NCBI GenBank assembly: GCA_946965045.2
Contig: OX337228.1
Coordinates: 5,022,001 to 5,086,000, forward strand
Length of the DNA stretch: 64,000 nucleotides
Direction: 5' to 3'
From: Epithemia pelagica
Lineage: Eukaryota > Protista > Bacillariophyta
Part shown: positions 38,500 to 49,118 of the stretch, one piece after another
Layout: the number at the start of each line of letters is the position of its first letter
Numbering within the stretch: the first letter of the stretch is position 1
Notes under the pieces: model-generated
Databases searched by the model: none
What the model was told of the DNA's origin: nothing
What the model saw: only the letters and a program-made list of their open reading frames with translations
Program-made: the position numbers and the translations under genes

Positions 38500-39253
38500 T
38501 TAGTTGTAAAGGAATGGGAAGCCAGTGATGAGTTTCTCGCCCAAGCCATCAGCTCCATCACTGAGGTCGTGACGCAACAATTCCATGAAAGCGAGCATAG
38601 CAAGACGTCCGTGCTGAAGTTCTTGAGTTCTGTATTTTCAGATTGACAACGGAAAGAAACGTTAAAATCCATTAAACAAGGTGACAAAATGATTGGCAGG
38701 GGCACCACTTGGGTGGAACTTACTGGCGCTTGATAAGAGTTTCGGGGTCAAGGTCGGGCTTGCCAACTTCGAAGTCTCCAAGATATCCCTTCTTTTCGAT
38801 GGCACCAATAACAACCAGAATTTGGGCCCATCCCAAAACAGGGACAACGGTCAACGCGTCAATACCATTGGGCACATCAGCAAATTTAAGTCCGAAGGAA
38901 AGTTCACCAGGGAAGCGGGTGGCCTCTTGGACAACGTATCCAAGGACGGCAAGCATGCACACACGTCCGTGCTTCAATTCAACGGCACGGTATCGGGCGA
39001 AAGTCGCTTCATCCTTGTTTCTGGAAAGGTTGAAGGGGTCTGAAAAAAATTCGCAGATTGTCAGCTACACATCAAAATAGACGACATCTAGGTGCGTACG
39101 ACGGTGGGACATACCGAAGAAACCAGTGGGCTGGATGACACCGATTTCTTGCTTGGCGTCAAAGGCCTTCAACGCAGACGAGGCACCCTTTTGGCCAGTG
39201 GTGGCAAAGGCAGCGGCGCTAGCGATGACCGAAGCGAAAACAGCGAACTTCAT
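38500..39253 (-). CDS. Second, divergent fucoxanthin-chlorophyll binding protein (~194 aa, two introns)
   Basis: Exons 39253-39115, 39039-38724 and 38629-38500 (585 nt in total). Leader ASAAA-FAT; motifs ELKHGRVCMLA, QELQHGRLAMLAFMELLRHD, LITGFPFLYN. Confidence 0.92.
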
Positions 39254-39732
39254 GGTTGGTCTATTTGTGCAAGAATCCGGTCTCATCGGTGTGCGCTGTA
39301 GATAACCGTACTCAACGAGGATACACTTCAACTGGTTACAGGGATAGAATTCAAAAATCAAAATCCATCAGCACAGGGCGTCTTTAATGCGACCGACTTG
39401 AAAAGTGGTGAATCAACGTCACCATATTAGTCGCAGAAAGTAAAGTCTTGGTATGCTGGTGGGGTGCCTCCTGGGTTTACGGTTAACGAAGCCGACAACC
39501 GACAACGCATAAAGCATCAACAATCAACACAGATGACAGATTCTTCATGAGCGGACATGTTTGGTGTTTGATGCTAACAGCGCACATTCATTTCATCTAA
39601 ATTTTCTCGTTGTGGCAATTCCTGACGCTCATAGAAATTGACTTGTCATAGATCATTGAAATCTCTCATGATAAGGAATGATATTCAACATTCATCTCAG
39701 ATTTGATGGGTTTGTCTTCTATTTCTACTTCC

Positions 39733-40619
39733 TAGAAGCAACCTGACTAATTTGGCAGCCTGACTAAATTTGGTGGGCGGAATTCTGGGGTCACCGCGAT
39801 GCCACCGTAGAAAACTTTGACAATTTATAACTTAACTTCTACTTAACCAATTTTGGAATTTGAGGTGTCATTCAAAAGCCCAGAACGAGATCTGTCGATT
39901 GGGCACTTCAAAATGTGTTTTTGGCGCCAAATGGATGAAGGAAAGTTTAAATTGGTAGTCTAACTCAGCTACCTGCCCACACAGAGTCTCGATCAGATTT
40001 GGTGCAGTCTAGCAAGAAACGACAATGACAAAGTCAGCATCCATCAAGGTAACATGAATGCATAGTGTGTACCCAACAACTTCATTGTTGTCAACATGCT
40101 ACCTTCAGCTCCAACAGTATCATTATCATCACACAGACCTGATGATACACGCAGGAACCACTGTTGACATTCTCGCTGTGTCTTGTCCAGAAGGACTGGC
40201 ATCTATCTCGACTCCAAGGGAACCAGCAGTATGAACAAGAAGAACTTGATCCTGTCTATTGAGAAAGCCATGAAGGACATGAAAGACAATGAATAGGGGA
40301 GAAATCCGATTAATTAGTGTTATAGTGAGAAGTTACGTGTCAATTCACGTGATAGCCCGTATAAAACATTTTGGTCCAAATTAGTACGGGCTATCGCGGT
40401 GCCAAAGTGTCAGGTAGACCAGATATTTGCCAGAATCCAGAAATCCAGAAAATCCTGAATAACTCGACCGGGTGTTGATCTTTTTCAAAACAAAGATTAT
40501 CAGCAGATAGAGCTCGTCGAGCTCTGTCGATTCCGCTGCTTAAAATTGAAAAAAGTCAACATGGTCGTGACTCAGAATTTCTGGCGTGACTCGTGCGCCA
40601 AACCGTCAGGTTGCTTCTA
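39733..40619 (+). mobile_element. Non-autonomous TIR DNA transposon (MITE-like), copy 2; both TIRs intact
   Basis: Perfect inverted termini TAGAAGCAACCTGAC (39733-39747) and GTCAGGTTGCTTCTA (40605-40619); the outer TA is the likely target-site duplication. 887 bp, no intact transposase. Confidence 0.93.
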
Positions 40620-40966
40620 CTCCTAACTTGTAGGAGTAGGGATAACCATATGCTCGGAGCTCGGAGCATCCCGCATACAATAGACAATAAATAATAGACA
40701 TAGACCACAAGAAGAAATTCGCCGCCCGGCGAAAAGACCTACCTTGCGTGGGCGTGGGGGAAAGTGGGGGTTTTCAACATTTTTGCGCAATGACGCAAGC
40801 GACCGACATACGTCGTCTCGTCGCGCAAACGAATCCCCGCGCGACATGAACGCAAATTGCATTGAATGAATTGAGACTGGAACAGGAACAAGCATCGTTC
40901 ACTGTTTGCTGTCCCCCTTCTCCTGTTCACATTATTCGTGCACACCTCTTACACAACAAAGGCAAC

Positions 40967-42104
40967 ATGAGTGAAAAGTTTGATTCCGTAAGTGGTCGAC
41001 TTTGAGATGTGGCGGTATTTGAGATGATGGGGGGTTGTCTCTTGGCTTCCCTTTTCTGACCTTTCTGTGCTTGTGATTCTGATGATTTCTGGAGTGCAGG
41101 ACGCCAAGACTTTGAGCCGTTTTGTGATGGCCAGTACGCATGATCATGACCTTGTGATCTTGCTCAATGCTATTGCTACTTCATGTAAGCTCATTACTTC
41201 TGCTGTTCAACGCGCTGGTGTCGCTAAGCTCTATGGTCTTGCTGGTGAAGTGAACAGCACTGGCGACGACCAAAAGAAGCTCGATGTATTGTCAAACGAC
41301 ATGATGATCAATGCTCTTTTGCATTCTGGAGTCTGCTCTGTTCTGGTGTCGGAGGAAAATGAAGAAGCAATCATGATCCCTGCTGGCAAGCAAGGAAAAT
41401 TCTGCGTCGCATTTGATCCGTTAGATGGTTCGTCGAACATTGACTGCAATGTCAGTGTCGGAACCATTTTCAGTGTCTACGAACGGGCTCCTGGTAGTGA
41501 TGGCGGTGTAGAAGACTTGCTTCGATCTGGGGCACATTGCATTTGTGCAGGATATGTCGCCTACAGTTCAGCTGTGGAGCTCGTCTTCACCTTCCGCGGA
41601 GGGGATGTGCACGGCTTCTGCCTTGACAGCACTATTGGAGAGTTTGTCCACACGCGGGAAAAGATGGTCTTTCCGTCGGATGGTGGCAAAAGGATCTACT
41701 CCTGTAATGAAGGTAACTCAGTCCACTGGGATGATGCTATTAAAGGTGCCGTCGAAGAATTCAAGAATGCAAAGAAACCCTACTCTGCTCGGTACGTCGG
41801 ATCAATGGTTGCTGACATTCACCGAACAATCCTTTATGGAGGAATCTACATGTACCCGGCCGATGCCAAATCACCCAAGGGAAAGCTTCGTCTACTTTAT
41901 GAAGGTATCCCAATGGCAATGATTATTGAACAAGCTGGAGGCATTGCCTCTACAGGAATGTTCGAAGGAAAGATTCAACGTGTGTTGGACCTTGTTCCAG
42001 GAGACATTCACGCAAAATGCCCTATCGTGATGGGAGGAAAGCGTGACGTCCAAGTTGTCATGGACAAGTACAAGGCCCAGGGCATTGACGTACCCACATT
42101 GTAA
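40967..42104 (+). CDS. FBP: Fructose-1,6-bisphosphatase class I, probably cytosolic (~341 aa)
   Basis: A 21-nt first exon (40967-40987), intron 40988-41099, exon 41100-42104. Motifs GDDQKKLDV, FDPLDGSSN, RYVGSMVAD, GKLRLLYE. No signal peptide. Confidence 0.96.
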
Positions 42105-42345
42105 AATGGATTGAATTGATCGAAGACATCATGGACATTCTTGGACTGAGGGTCGATAGGTCACTCCTCAGACGTTTCTCGCCTTCTTGGAGCACAGATG
42201 ATATTCCACCTTGTGAGCATACTCGTATGAATAAATAGATTGCAACATTCACACTCATCAAACAAAAAGATTTAGCATATTGCCTGAAATATGATAGTCC
42301 CATGCCCTTCACCCATATATTGACTAGAGCACTCGGCGATGATCA

Positions 42346-45300
42346 TTACTTTGATAAGGGCAGCATACCCAGTGACATGCTCTTCCAAACCTCTCCAAAC
42401 TGCGGACGTTCATCCCTTTGCTGTATTTCATCTGACGAGTTGACTTCATCTGACACCCTGCTTCGCAAACCGACCCGAGCATCTCTTACATAACGCAAGG
42501 AGTTAGATAATTCAACCATACTCCGGTTATCGTTGGCACCTCTTCCAAGAGCCAATCGCAAGACTTCATGCAATCCTGACGACTTCACTTTGCCACCTCC
42601 TGAGGACCACTTGAAAAGGGCCTGAAGCATTTCCTTCGGAGGCGACTCCTCTGCTAGAAAACGTACTAGTGCAAGGAGGTTGGACTCTGTGACTGAACTA
42701 GACGCGTGGTGAAGGAGATCTAAGATTTCGACCTGACCATGCACAACCCAGTCATCTCTTCCCGACTCACTACCATTGGCCCTTTGGAAAAGACGAAGAA
42801 GGCGTTTCAGTACAATCCTCCCAGATCTGTCATTAGAATCAAAAGACTCAACTGTGGCCCGCCCAATTTTTCTCATCGTTGCTATCATTGTTTCGAATGA
42901 GACCTGGCTTTGGTTCCGTGACAAAACATCATCAAAAATCTCATTGGCTGGGAAGAATAAAAATCCGGTGGTCCAAATTGTTAGAGTGGAACTTCATCCA
43001 ACAAGCGTTGTGCATGACACAGAAAGTCCGATCTTACCAAGATCCAGGGCAAGGAGATATTGCTTGAACTTCATCGTGATATCAAGAAAAGCTGAAAGGT
43101 CACGTTTATATCTCAGATGATCGCTAGAGGCCGTTGATACGACAGTGTTGAAATTTCTCTGTCTTTCAACAATTTTGTTCGTTTCCTGAGGCGAAGTGGT
43201 TCCTAGAAACCCTTGAGCCGAGAGGTCCACCCATTCAAGGACCAGAGTTGCTTCGTGACGAGCTCTGTCGTGGCCATCGGAGGGATGCAGTAGGTAACAC
43301 AGATATGTGTAGTAAAGTATGGCATGATGGGAACCACATTGCAAATGAACCTGCCAGGGTTGAATATCCGGATAAGCCGAAGCACAAAGCTGTATCGTCA
43401 CCAGTCTTTGGTCTTTGTCTGCCTCGTCTTTGATACCGTGAAGTCGGGCCACAACGGCAGATAAAGTTGCCTATTGTGCGCAACATGGAGCTTGTAAGAA
43501 GACAGGATACCAAAGGCCCGCGATTCTCTTACTGAAAACGTACCGGTTCGTAGAACAAGAGTGATCCTGAACGTGAAAAGCGCCGAACTGATTCTCTATG
43601 ATGGGGATCGTGTTTGGCCAAATCAAGTAAGGGAGTCATGAGTGTCTTAGCTTTCAAGGCAGCCGCATACGAAAAACAAGTGTGCAAACGCAAGTAGGCG
43701 CCATACTCATTGACAAACTGCTCTGCTGAGCGCATGAAAGACCCATCAACATCTTTCGACTCAATACGTAATTGAGAAAGGAGCTTTCGTTCAAAATAAA
43801 AGGTCACCAGAAAACATGTTTCTGACCGCGTTTCAACACTGAGTTCTTGGTTCTCAATTTGCTCTCGTAAATTTGCAGCTTTGCGTTTCATCGATGTTCG
43901 CTGAGTCCCCATACTATCGACTGTTATACTATCATCCGATCGTGTGGATCCCACAGTTGTGGACTCTGTTGAAACAGATCGCTCCAGAGGCCACAGTACT
44001 CGGCGCTGAGACCACGGAAGAGGACGGAAAGTCTTCAACCAAACTGGTAAGACGTCGTCCAACAAAAATCGACCAGCCCGGACAACATTGCTATCATCAG
44101 CTGGTGTCTTCGCCGACGCAAATGGATCAATTGATGTTCGAGCAGCAACATTCGCATTGGCGAGGTTGATTTGTTCCGGAACAGTGGCAGAGACATTCGT
44201 TGTCAAGTCAAACAGAAGAGCAGTGATTTCATCAGGTGGGAGAGCCTGAGGTTTCTTGTGAAGCATGAGAGCTTTTGTCATGCCGTCGCCAAACAGGAAA
44301 CTGCCAAGTTCAGTTGAAACTGCTGCCGACGCTGGACTGTCATGCTCCACAACACTCGAAGATTTTTCCTTGCTGGACTTGTCATCCGGCTCGTTCAATT
44401 CCTTAACAACATTCGTTAAAAACCCAACGACCTTCTCTCGCCAGTCATCATCTTGGGCCGCCAATTGAAGCAGAAGTTCTTCGTGTTCAAGCTCTTCCTC
44501 TTCATCATCAGATCCCATGCTTCCACCAACATTGTCATCTGAAGCCCCGGAGCTATTTTCGTCGTCTTCTCGTACCTGTTCAAAGTTGACCGGCATGGCT
44601 TTGCCATCTAAGACATACCGTCGTCGGGTGCTCGCTCTACTGTAGAGCGAAAGAGTCGCGGCAAAGCTGCGTGTCGACCGTTTATCGGTCCAACCTCTAT
44701 CAAGTTTTTCCAAAATAGCGCTCAGCTTTTGAGCGCCAGAAAAGGCTTGATGACCGATTTCCAATAAATCTGCGCTCGTCACCTTCTCATTTTCAAACGA
44801 AGAATCGGGATCACGCGAAGGAATCGCAACAGTTCTAATTATTTCCGGTTTCCGAAGAAGGATTGAGAAAGATTCGTTCCATGAAAAGAACTCGCTATCA
44901 CTTTCATCTCGTTCGGCGCTGCGTTCTACGGCAATCAATGATGAAATGGCTTCTTCTAGCGGAACGTATCGCTGATGAGGTGTCTGATTCAACGAGAAAG
45001 ACTTGACAGAATTGTCGAATGACTTTTCGGGCAAATCAGTCGCTTCTTCAGCTTCGGAAGGTTCTTCTTGATGGGGTATTGCCGTTTGGACTGGAGCTCC
45101 GAGAGCTTCGTCTTGTTCCATAACCATAGGCATTCCTGATAATTGATCCACCATTGTGAATAAGCCCAAGATATCAGCAGCACCATCACTGTTACTTCCA
45201 TAGGTTGTTCCAGTTGGTGATGAAGTAGCTGTTTGTGTGCGATTCTGTCGTTGTCTCAACTGATCTTCAATTTCTTTTCTCTTGAGTAAGTCCAATCCTT

Positions 45301-46240
45301 GTCCAGCCGCAAACCGCAATGTAATTTTTCGAGCGTAGGTTCCATCGGCAAGCGGAGACGAAAGCGCAGTCAGATTTGCCATAAGTTCATCAAATGGAAT
45401 ATTGACGAGCGACTTTTGATTGATCTGAAGTAAAACATCTCCTCGTTGGATGACCCCTGACAACTGTGAAGGGGAGGCACGGCCATCTTTTAAGGGAATG
45501 AGACCTTGAACAATGATTTTTCCACCAGCAGGTGCCAACTGCATTCCCAAGTTCACATCACCAAACACTTCGAAAAAGGGACCAGCATGACTCTGCCCTG
45601 CAGAAACCGTTTCCATGTTTGGTTCCGTCCAATCAGCCGTATCTGCCTTGCGAATTGCGCGCCGAACAAGCGTAGTTTCATATTGATACGGTGGTAAAGT
45701 GGCGCTCCCTTTAATACCCTCTTCTTGTCTGGAGTGCTTTCGAGGGCGTTTATTAGTGATAGTTTTCGAACTAACATCTTGAATAAGCGCCGTTCGTACC
45801 CCCCGCGTCCTTCTGCCATCGACTCTCAAACGATGCTTTGAAGCCGTGGATAGTTGTCGTCTGTCATCATTTGATGACGACTTGGTCCTTTCCTCATTTC
45901 CTGTGGCACTCCTCCTTTTTCCCGGGCCATTTTTTGTAGTAACAGGACTACGGGTGGTAGAATCAGTGAGAGAATCTGAGCCATTGTCTTCCTTTCCGGT
46001 AGGTGCCGCGGATTCTGAAGATCTTGACCGCAGAGGTGAACCATCCTCAGCACCTGCTTCCAATGAAGATTCGTCTTTTGGCGAAATCGATTCTGGAATC
46101 AAACTGGAGGATTCTTTGCCATCTCTATTTTCAGGTGGTGGCTTGACAATGACAACAGCTTCTTCTTCTCTAGACAAGGAAGTTCCACCTTCATTGACGG
46201 AAACAGAATCATGATTCGACGCTTCGATTTTTCGAGTCAT
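42346..46240 (-). CDS. Uncharacterised PDZ-domain protein (~1243 aa)
   Basis: Exons 46240-43544, 43470-43038 and 42947-42346 join in frame (3732 nt). PDZ-like segment LGMQLAPAGGKIIVQGL...SGVIQRGDVLLQINQKSL; the C-terminal part looks alpha-helical. Confidence 0.8.
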
Positions 46241-46669
46241 GACCCCTTCGACCGAAACCTCGGTTGTCAGTTATCAAAAGGTTGCACTACCTGTCAAATG
46301 GTACAAACGCATCGTCGATTTCGTAGTCAATCCGTGTTGGTTTGCTTTCGTCGCTGGTGTGGATTTTTCTCGGATGCAGATAGATGGCGAATGGCGCGTT
46401 GAAATCGTTCAAGGGGATAAAGATAAGCCCAGCGACAGGGACGACTGCCAGTACTTAGACAATTGCCTTCACGCCTGTCCGGCTAAGCATTCCGATCAAG
46501 CCGGGCCACACACCGCCACATCCATAACAAGTAAGCCTCCACTTTCTTGTTCTACACAAGTTTATTCAGCTACGACCGAAGGTAGTATCGACAAGGAGGG
46601 TTGCACGCGGTGAAACATCAAGCTCATATTGGTTTTGTCACTACAGCTGTGCGATGTAAATCTGACGAT

Positions 46670-47551
46670 CTAGGAGAATGTGTTCTGTCTACGCCGCATT
46701 TCTCGAGCTTGTTCTTTGGCTTGATCCGTAAATGGCAAATGTGGGATGGTTCGTTCCGTGACCTCAGCGTTAAACCGTCGAAGTATCACACTCCGTTGAA
46801 CGGCAAAAAGCCACATTATATCCAGAAGACGATCATCTCCTTGACTGAGTTGCCAAGCAGCCCAGAACACTGCTTCGGCGGACGACAAACAACCTGGACC
46901 CGAATTGTGCCAGCGCCAGTAATGGCTGTCAGACGGAGGATTGTCCAGGTGGACCATGGGCAGCGATAGACGATCCAGCAAGCGCGTGCAGTTCTTCCAC
47001 CGACAGTCTAGTACCACCAATCGTAAATTTTTGTGTTCTAAGCCGTTGATTGAAGATAGTGGGACCGATTTCTCTCCTGGAAATAAAGCATATGTTTCCA
47101 TAGGACTTCCTGCCTCGATGTGTTGTTCTTTGTAATTAGGAATGCCATCTTCCCCGTCTTGGTCCCATATTCTGACGACCGATTGACCATTTTGCGTTCG
47201 GATGTTTTTCAACAGAGTGGCAAGTTGTACCCCTGTGGAAGCGGCACGTCGATCATCGAGAATAATGTCCAGTTGAAAAGGCAATGCATCCCACTGGTGA
47301 TTCAGCGTTGGTGGCGGCCATTCCTTCTCCGGGATCAAAAGTCTACAACAGTCAAAGCAGTAAATGTGGCGCGAGGCGTTGCATCGTGGACAATTTTGAC
47401 GGGGCCATTCCGTCTCTCGGTAGAGAGCTTCAATTCGCTTCAAGTAATCCGTCAAAACATTCGGTCTTGTTGTCTCAGATAACAATGGAGAAGGTTCATC
47501 GTTGTTTTTTTCTCCAATGTTATGTGAACAATGAGTGGTGGACGATGACAT
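46670..47551 (-). CDS. DTW-domain protein (tRNA-uridine aminocarboxypropyltransferase family, DTWD1-like), ~293 aa
   Basis: CPRC...YCFDC zinc motif, LFPG, VVLDCRW (in place of DxTW), YWRWH...LSSAEAVFW. First ATG at 47551. Confidence 0.8.
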   Translation of the reverse strand: MSSSTTHCSHNIGEKNNDEPSPLLSETTRPNVLTDYLKRIEALYRETEWPRQNCPRCNASRHIYCFDCCRLLIPEKEWPPPTLNHQWDALPFQLDIILDDRRAASTGVQLATLLKNIRTQNGQSVVRIWDQDGEDGIPNYKEQHIEAGSPMETYALFPGEKSVPLSSINGLEHKNLRLVVLDCRWKNCTRLLDRLSLPMVHLDNPPSDSHYWRWHNSGPGCLSSAEAVFWAAWQLSQGDDRLLDIMWLFAVQRSVILRRFNAEVTERTIPHLPFTDQAKEQAREMRRRQNTFS

Positions 47552-47828
47552 TGACAATTGACAGAGATAAATGTGTGGGGCGGAAAAAATGGCCGGCTTA
47601 CGGATATGCGGTCTGTGCGCTGTCTGTCTGTGTCTGGAACACCACCGATATTTGTATCTTAGGAACAAAAATCGTCTGTGGGCTAGGTGCTAGGTGGCGA
47701 AAGAACTGGTCGCGCGCCAGCAGTCCGGTAGAGAACATGACCGCGACCTGCAAGACTAAATAGAAATCGCATTCAATACACGACGGCTAAGTAATCAGCA
47801 AGGACACGTGTGAGTCACCGGCTAGGCC

Positions 47829-48484
47829 CCTTATTAACAAATTTGATAAAAGATGTATCCTTTTGTACCAAACGGATACAGGACCAAATCTGGGGTACAT
47901 TCGGCGAAGGATGAACTATGTACCCTTTTGAACGAACTGTACCCCCTTTGTCCCCAGTTGTACCCATGTATCCATTAGATACATTTTATACATATTTTGT
48001 ATCCGTCGGATACAAAAACCAGGACACGCAGGCTCGCTCGCTAGATTTTTCTCATTGTTAAATATTCCTACAATATTTACGATAGTGTTTTGCCGGCTTG
48101 ACGAGAAGCATCCCAAAATATGAACCTGTCAGTCAACCGTTAGATCCTTATTTAACAAATATGATTAAATATGTATCCTTTTGTACCAAACGGATACAGG
48201 GGGTACATGCGGCGAAGGATGAACTATGTACCCTTTTGAACGAACTGTACCCCCTTTGTCCCTAGTTGTACCCATGTATCCATTGGATACATTTTATACA
48301 TTTTTTGTATCCGATGGATACAAAAACCACGACGCAGGCTCGCTCGCTAGATTTTTCTCCTTCTTAATTAGTCTTGTGGATGTTCGAATACATAAGCTTA
48401 GTCAAGATTACAATAACGTACATTAAACGGTTTCCCACAAAATTTACAATAGTGTTAGTGATTATGCCGGCGTGACGAGATGCG
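47829..48484. repeat. Imperfect tandem duplication (period 317 bp) rich in TGTAYCC motifs and hairpins
   Basis: Unit 1 starts CCTTATTAACAAAT at 47829 and unit 2 starts CCTTATTTAACAAAT at 48146. Long identical runs, plus a 10-bp indel and a late insertion in unit 2. Inverted repeats at 47967-47983, 47995-48017, 48275-48291 and 48303-48325. Confidence 0.92.
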
Positions 48485-48597
48485 AAACCATTTTACCCAT
48501 CGGGATTGGGGCTGACCCGAAAAATGAACCTTGGCTTCAGATATCGGTGGTGTTCCTGGGTCTGGGTTTTGGCGCCTGATCCCAAGTCGTCTTCACC

Positions 48598-48969
48598 ATG
48601 GAACACGCTAGTGACCAGAAAAATACAGATGTTCAGAATACATACCTTGCCAACTATTCTGAGTTGCTTGTCCGAGCAACGCCTCCCATCACCGATCCCC
48701 GAGAACTCGAAACTATCCTTCACTTTAGCCTACGAGGGCTATGGGGAGAGTTGGAGACGCACAGCGTCTCTCTCAGTGTTCACAGAACGAATATTGGTGC
48801 GAAAGATCAGGCACAAAATACCAACGACAAAATCCAGGAACCGATTCTCAAAGTGGTTTGCCGTCAAGACTCTGCTGAAGCTGTCAGAGCAGCCCTAACA
48901 TGGACCACTTTACCACCCTACATGGAACGAATGCAGTACAGACTGGATGTTGTGTCAGTTGAGGATTAG
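48598..48969 (+). CDS. Small protein resembling the Pop8/Rpp14/Pop5 family of RNase P/MRP subunits (123 aa)
   Basis: Pattern Y..LLV......D...L...L..SL..LWG....H...L.V...ILKVVCRQDSAEAVRAALT matches my recollection of Pop8/Rpp14; the size also fits. Confidence 0.55.
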   Translation: MEHASDQKNTDVQNTYLANYSELLVRATPPITDPRELETILHFSLRGLWGELETHSVSLSVHRTNIGAKDQAQNTNDKIQEPILKVVCRQDSAEAVRAALTWTTLPPYMERMQYRLDVVSVED

Positions 48970-49118
48970 TCCTTCATCAATTTAAGAAGCACACAAGATA
49001 ACCTATTTATCGGTTATGCGCAATCGAATTAAAGATAGCCTATGCTCTAGAGTCTGGATCGTTCCCTCCGGAACGACGCAAATTCAACGGATCGCATACA
49101 GGATGTCAAATCCAAGAT

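Noticed and set aside
46239-46613. 124-aa plus-strand ORF whose ATG overlaps the PDZ gene start
   Set aside because: No domain signal; it occupies the PDZ promoter and the DTW 3' region, so it is probably spurious.
47829-48484. CRISPR-like array or Helitron 3' end (hairpin followed by CTAG at 48041 and 48347)
   Set aside because: There are only two long units, no unique spacers and no cas genes. Homology between the units continues past the CTAG, so it is not an element terminus.
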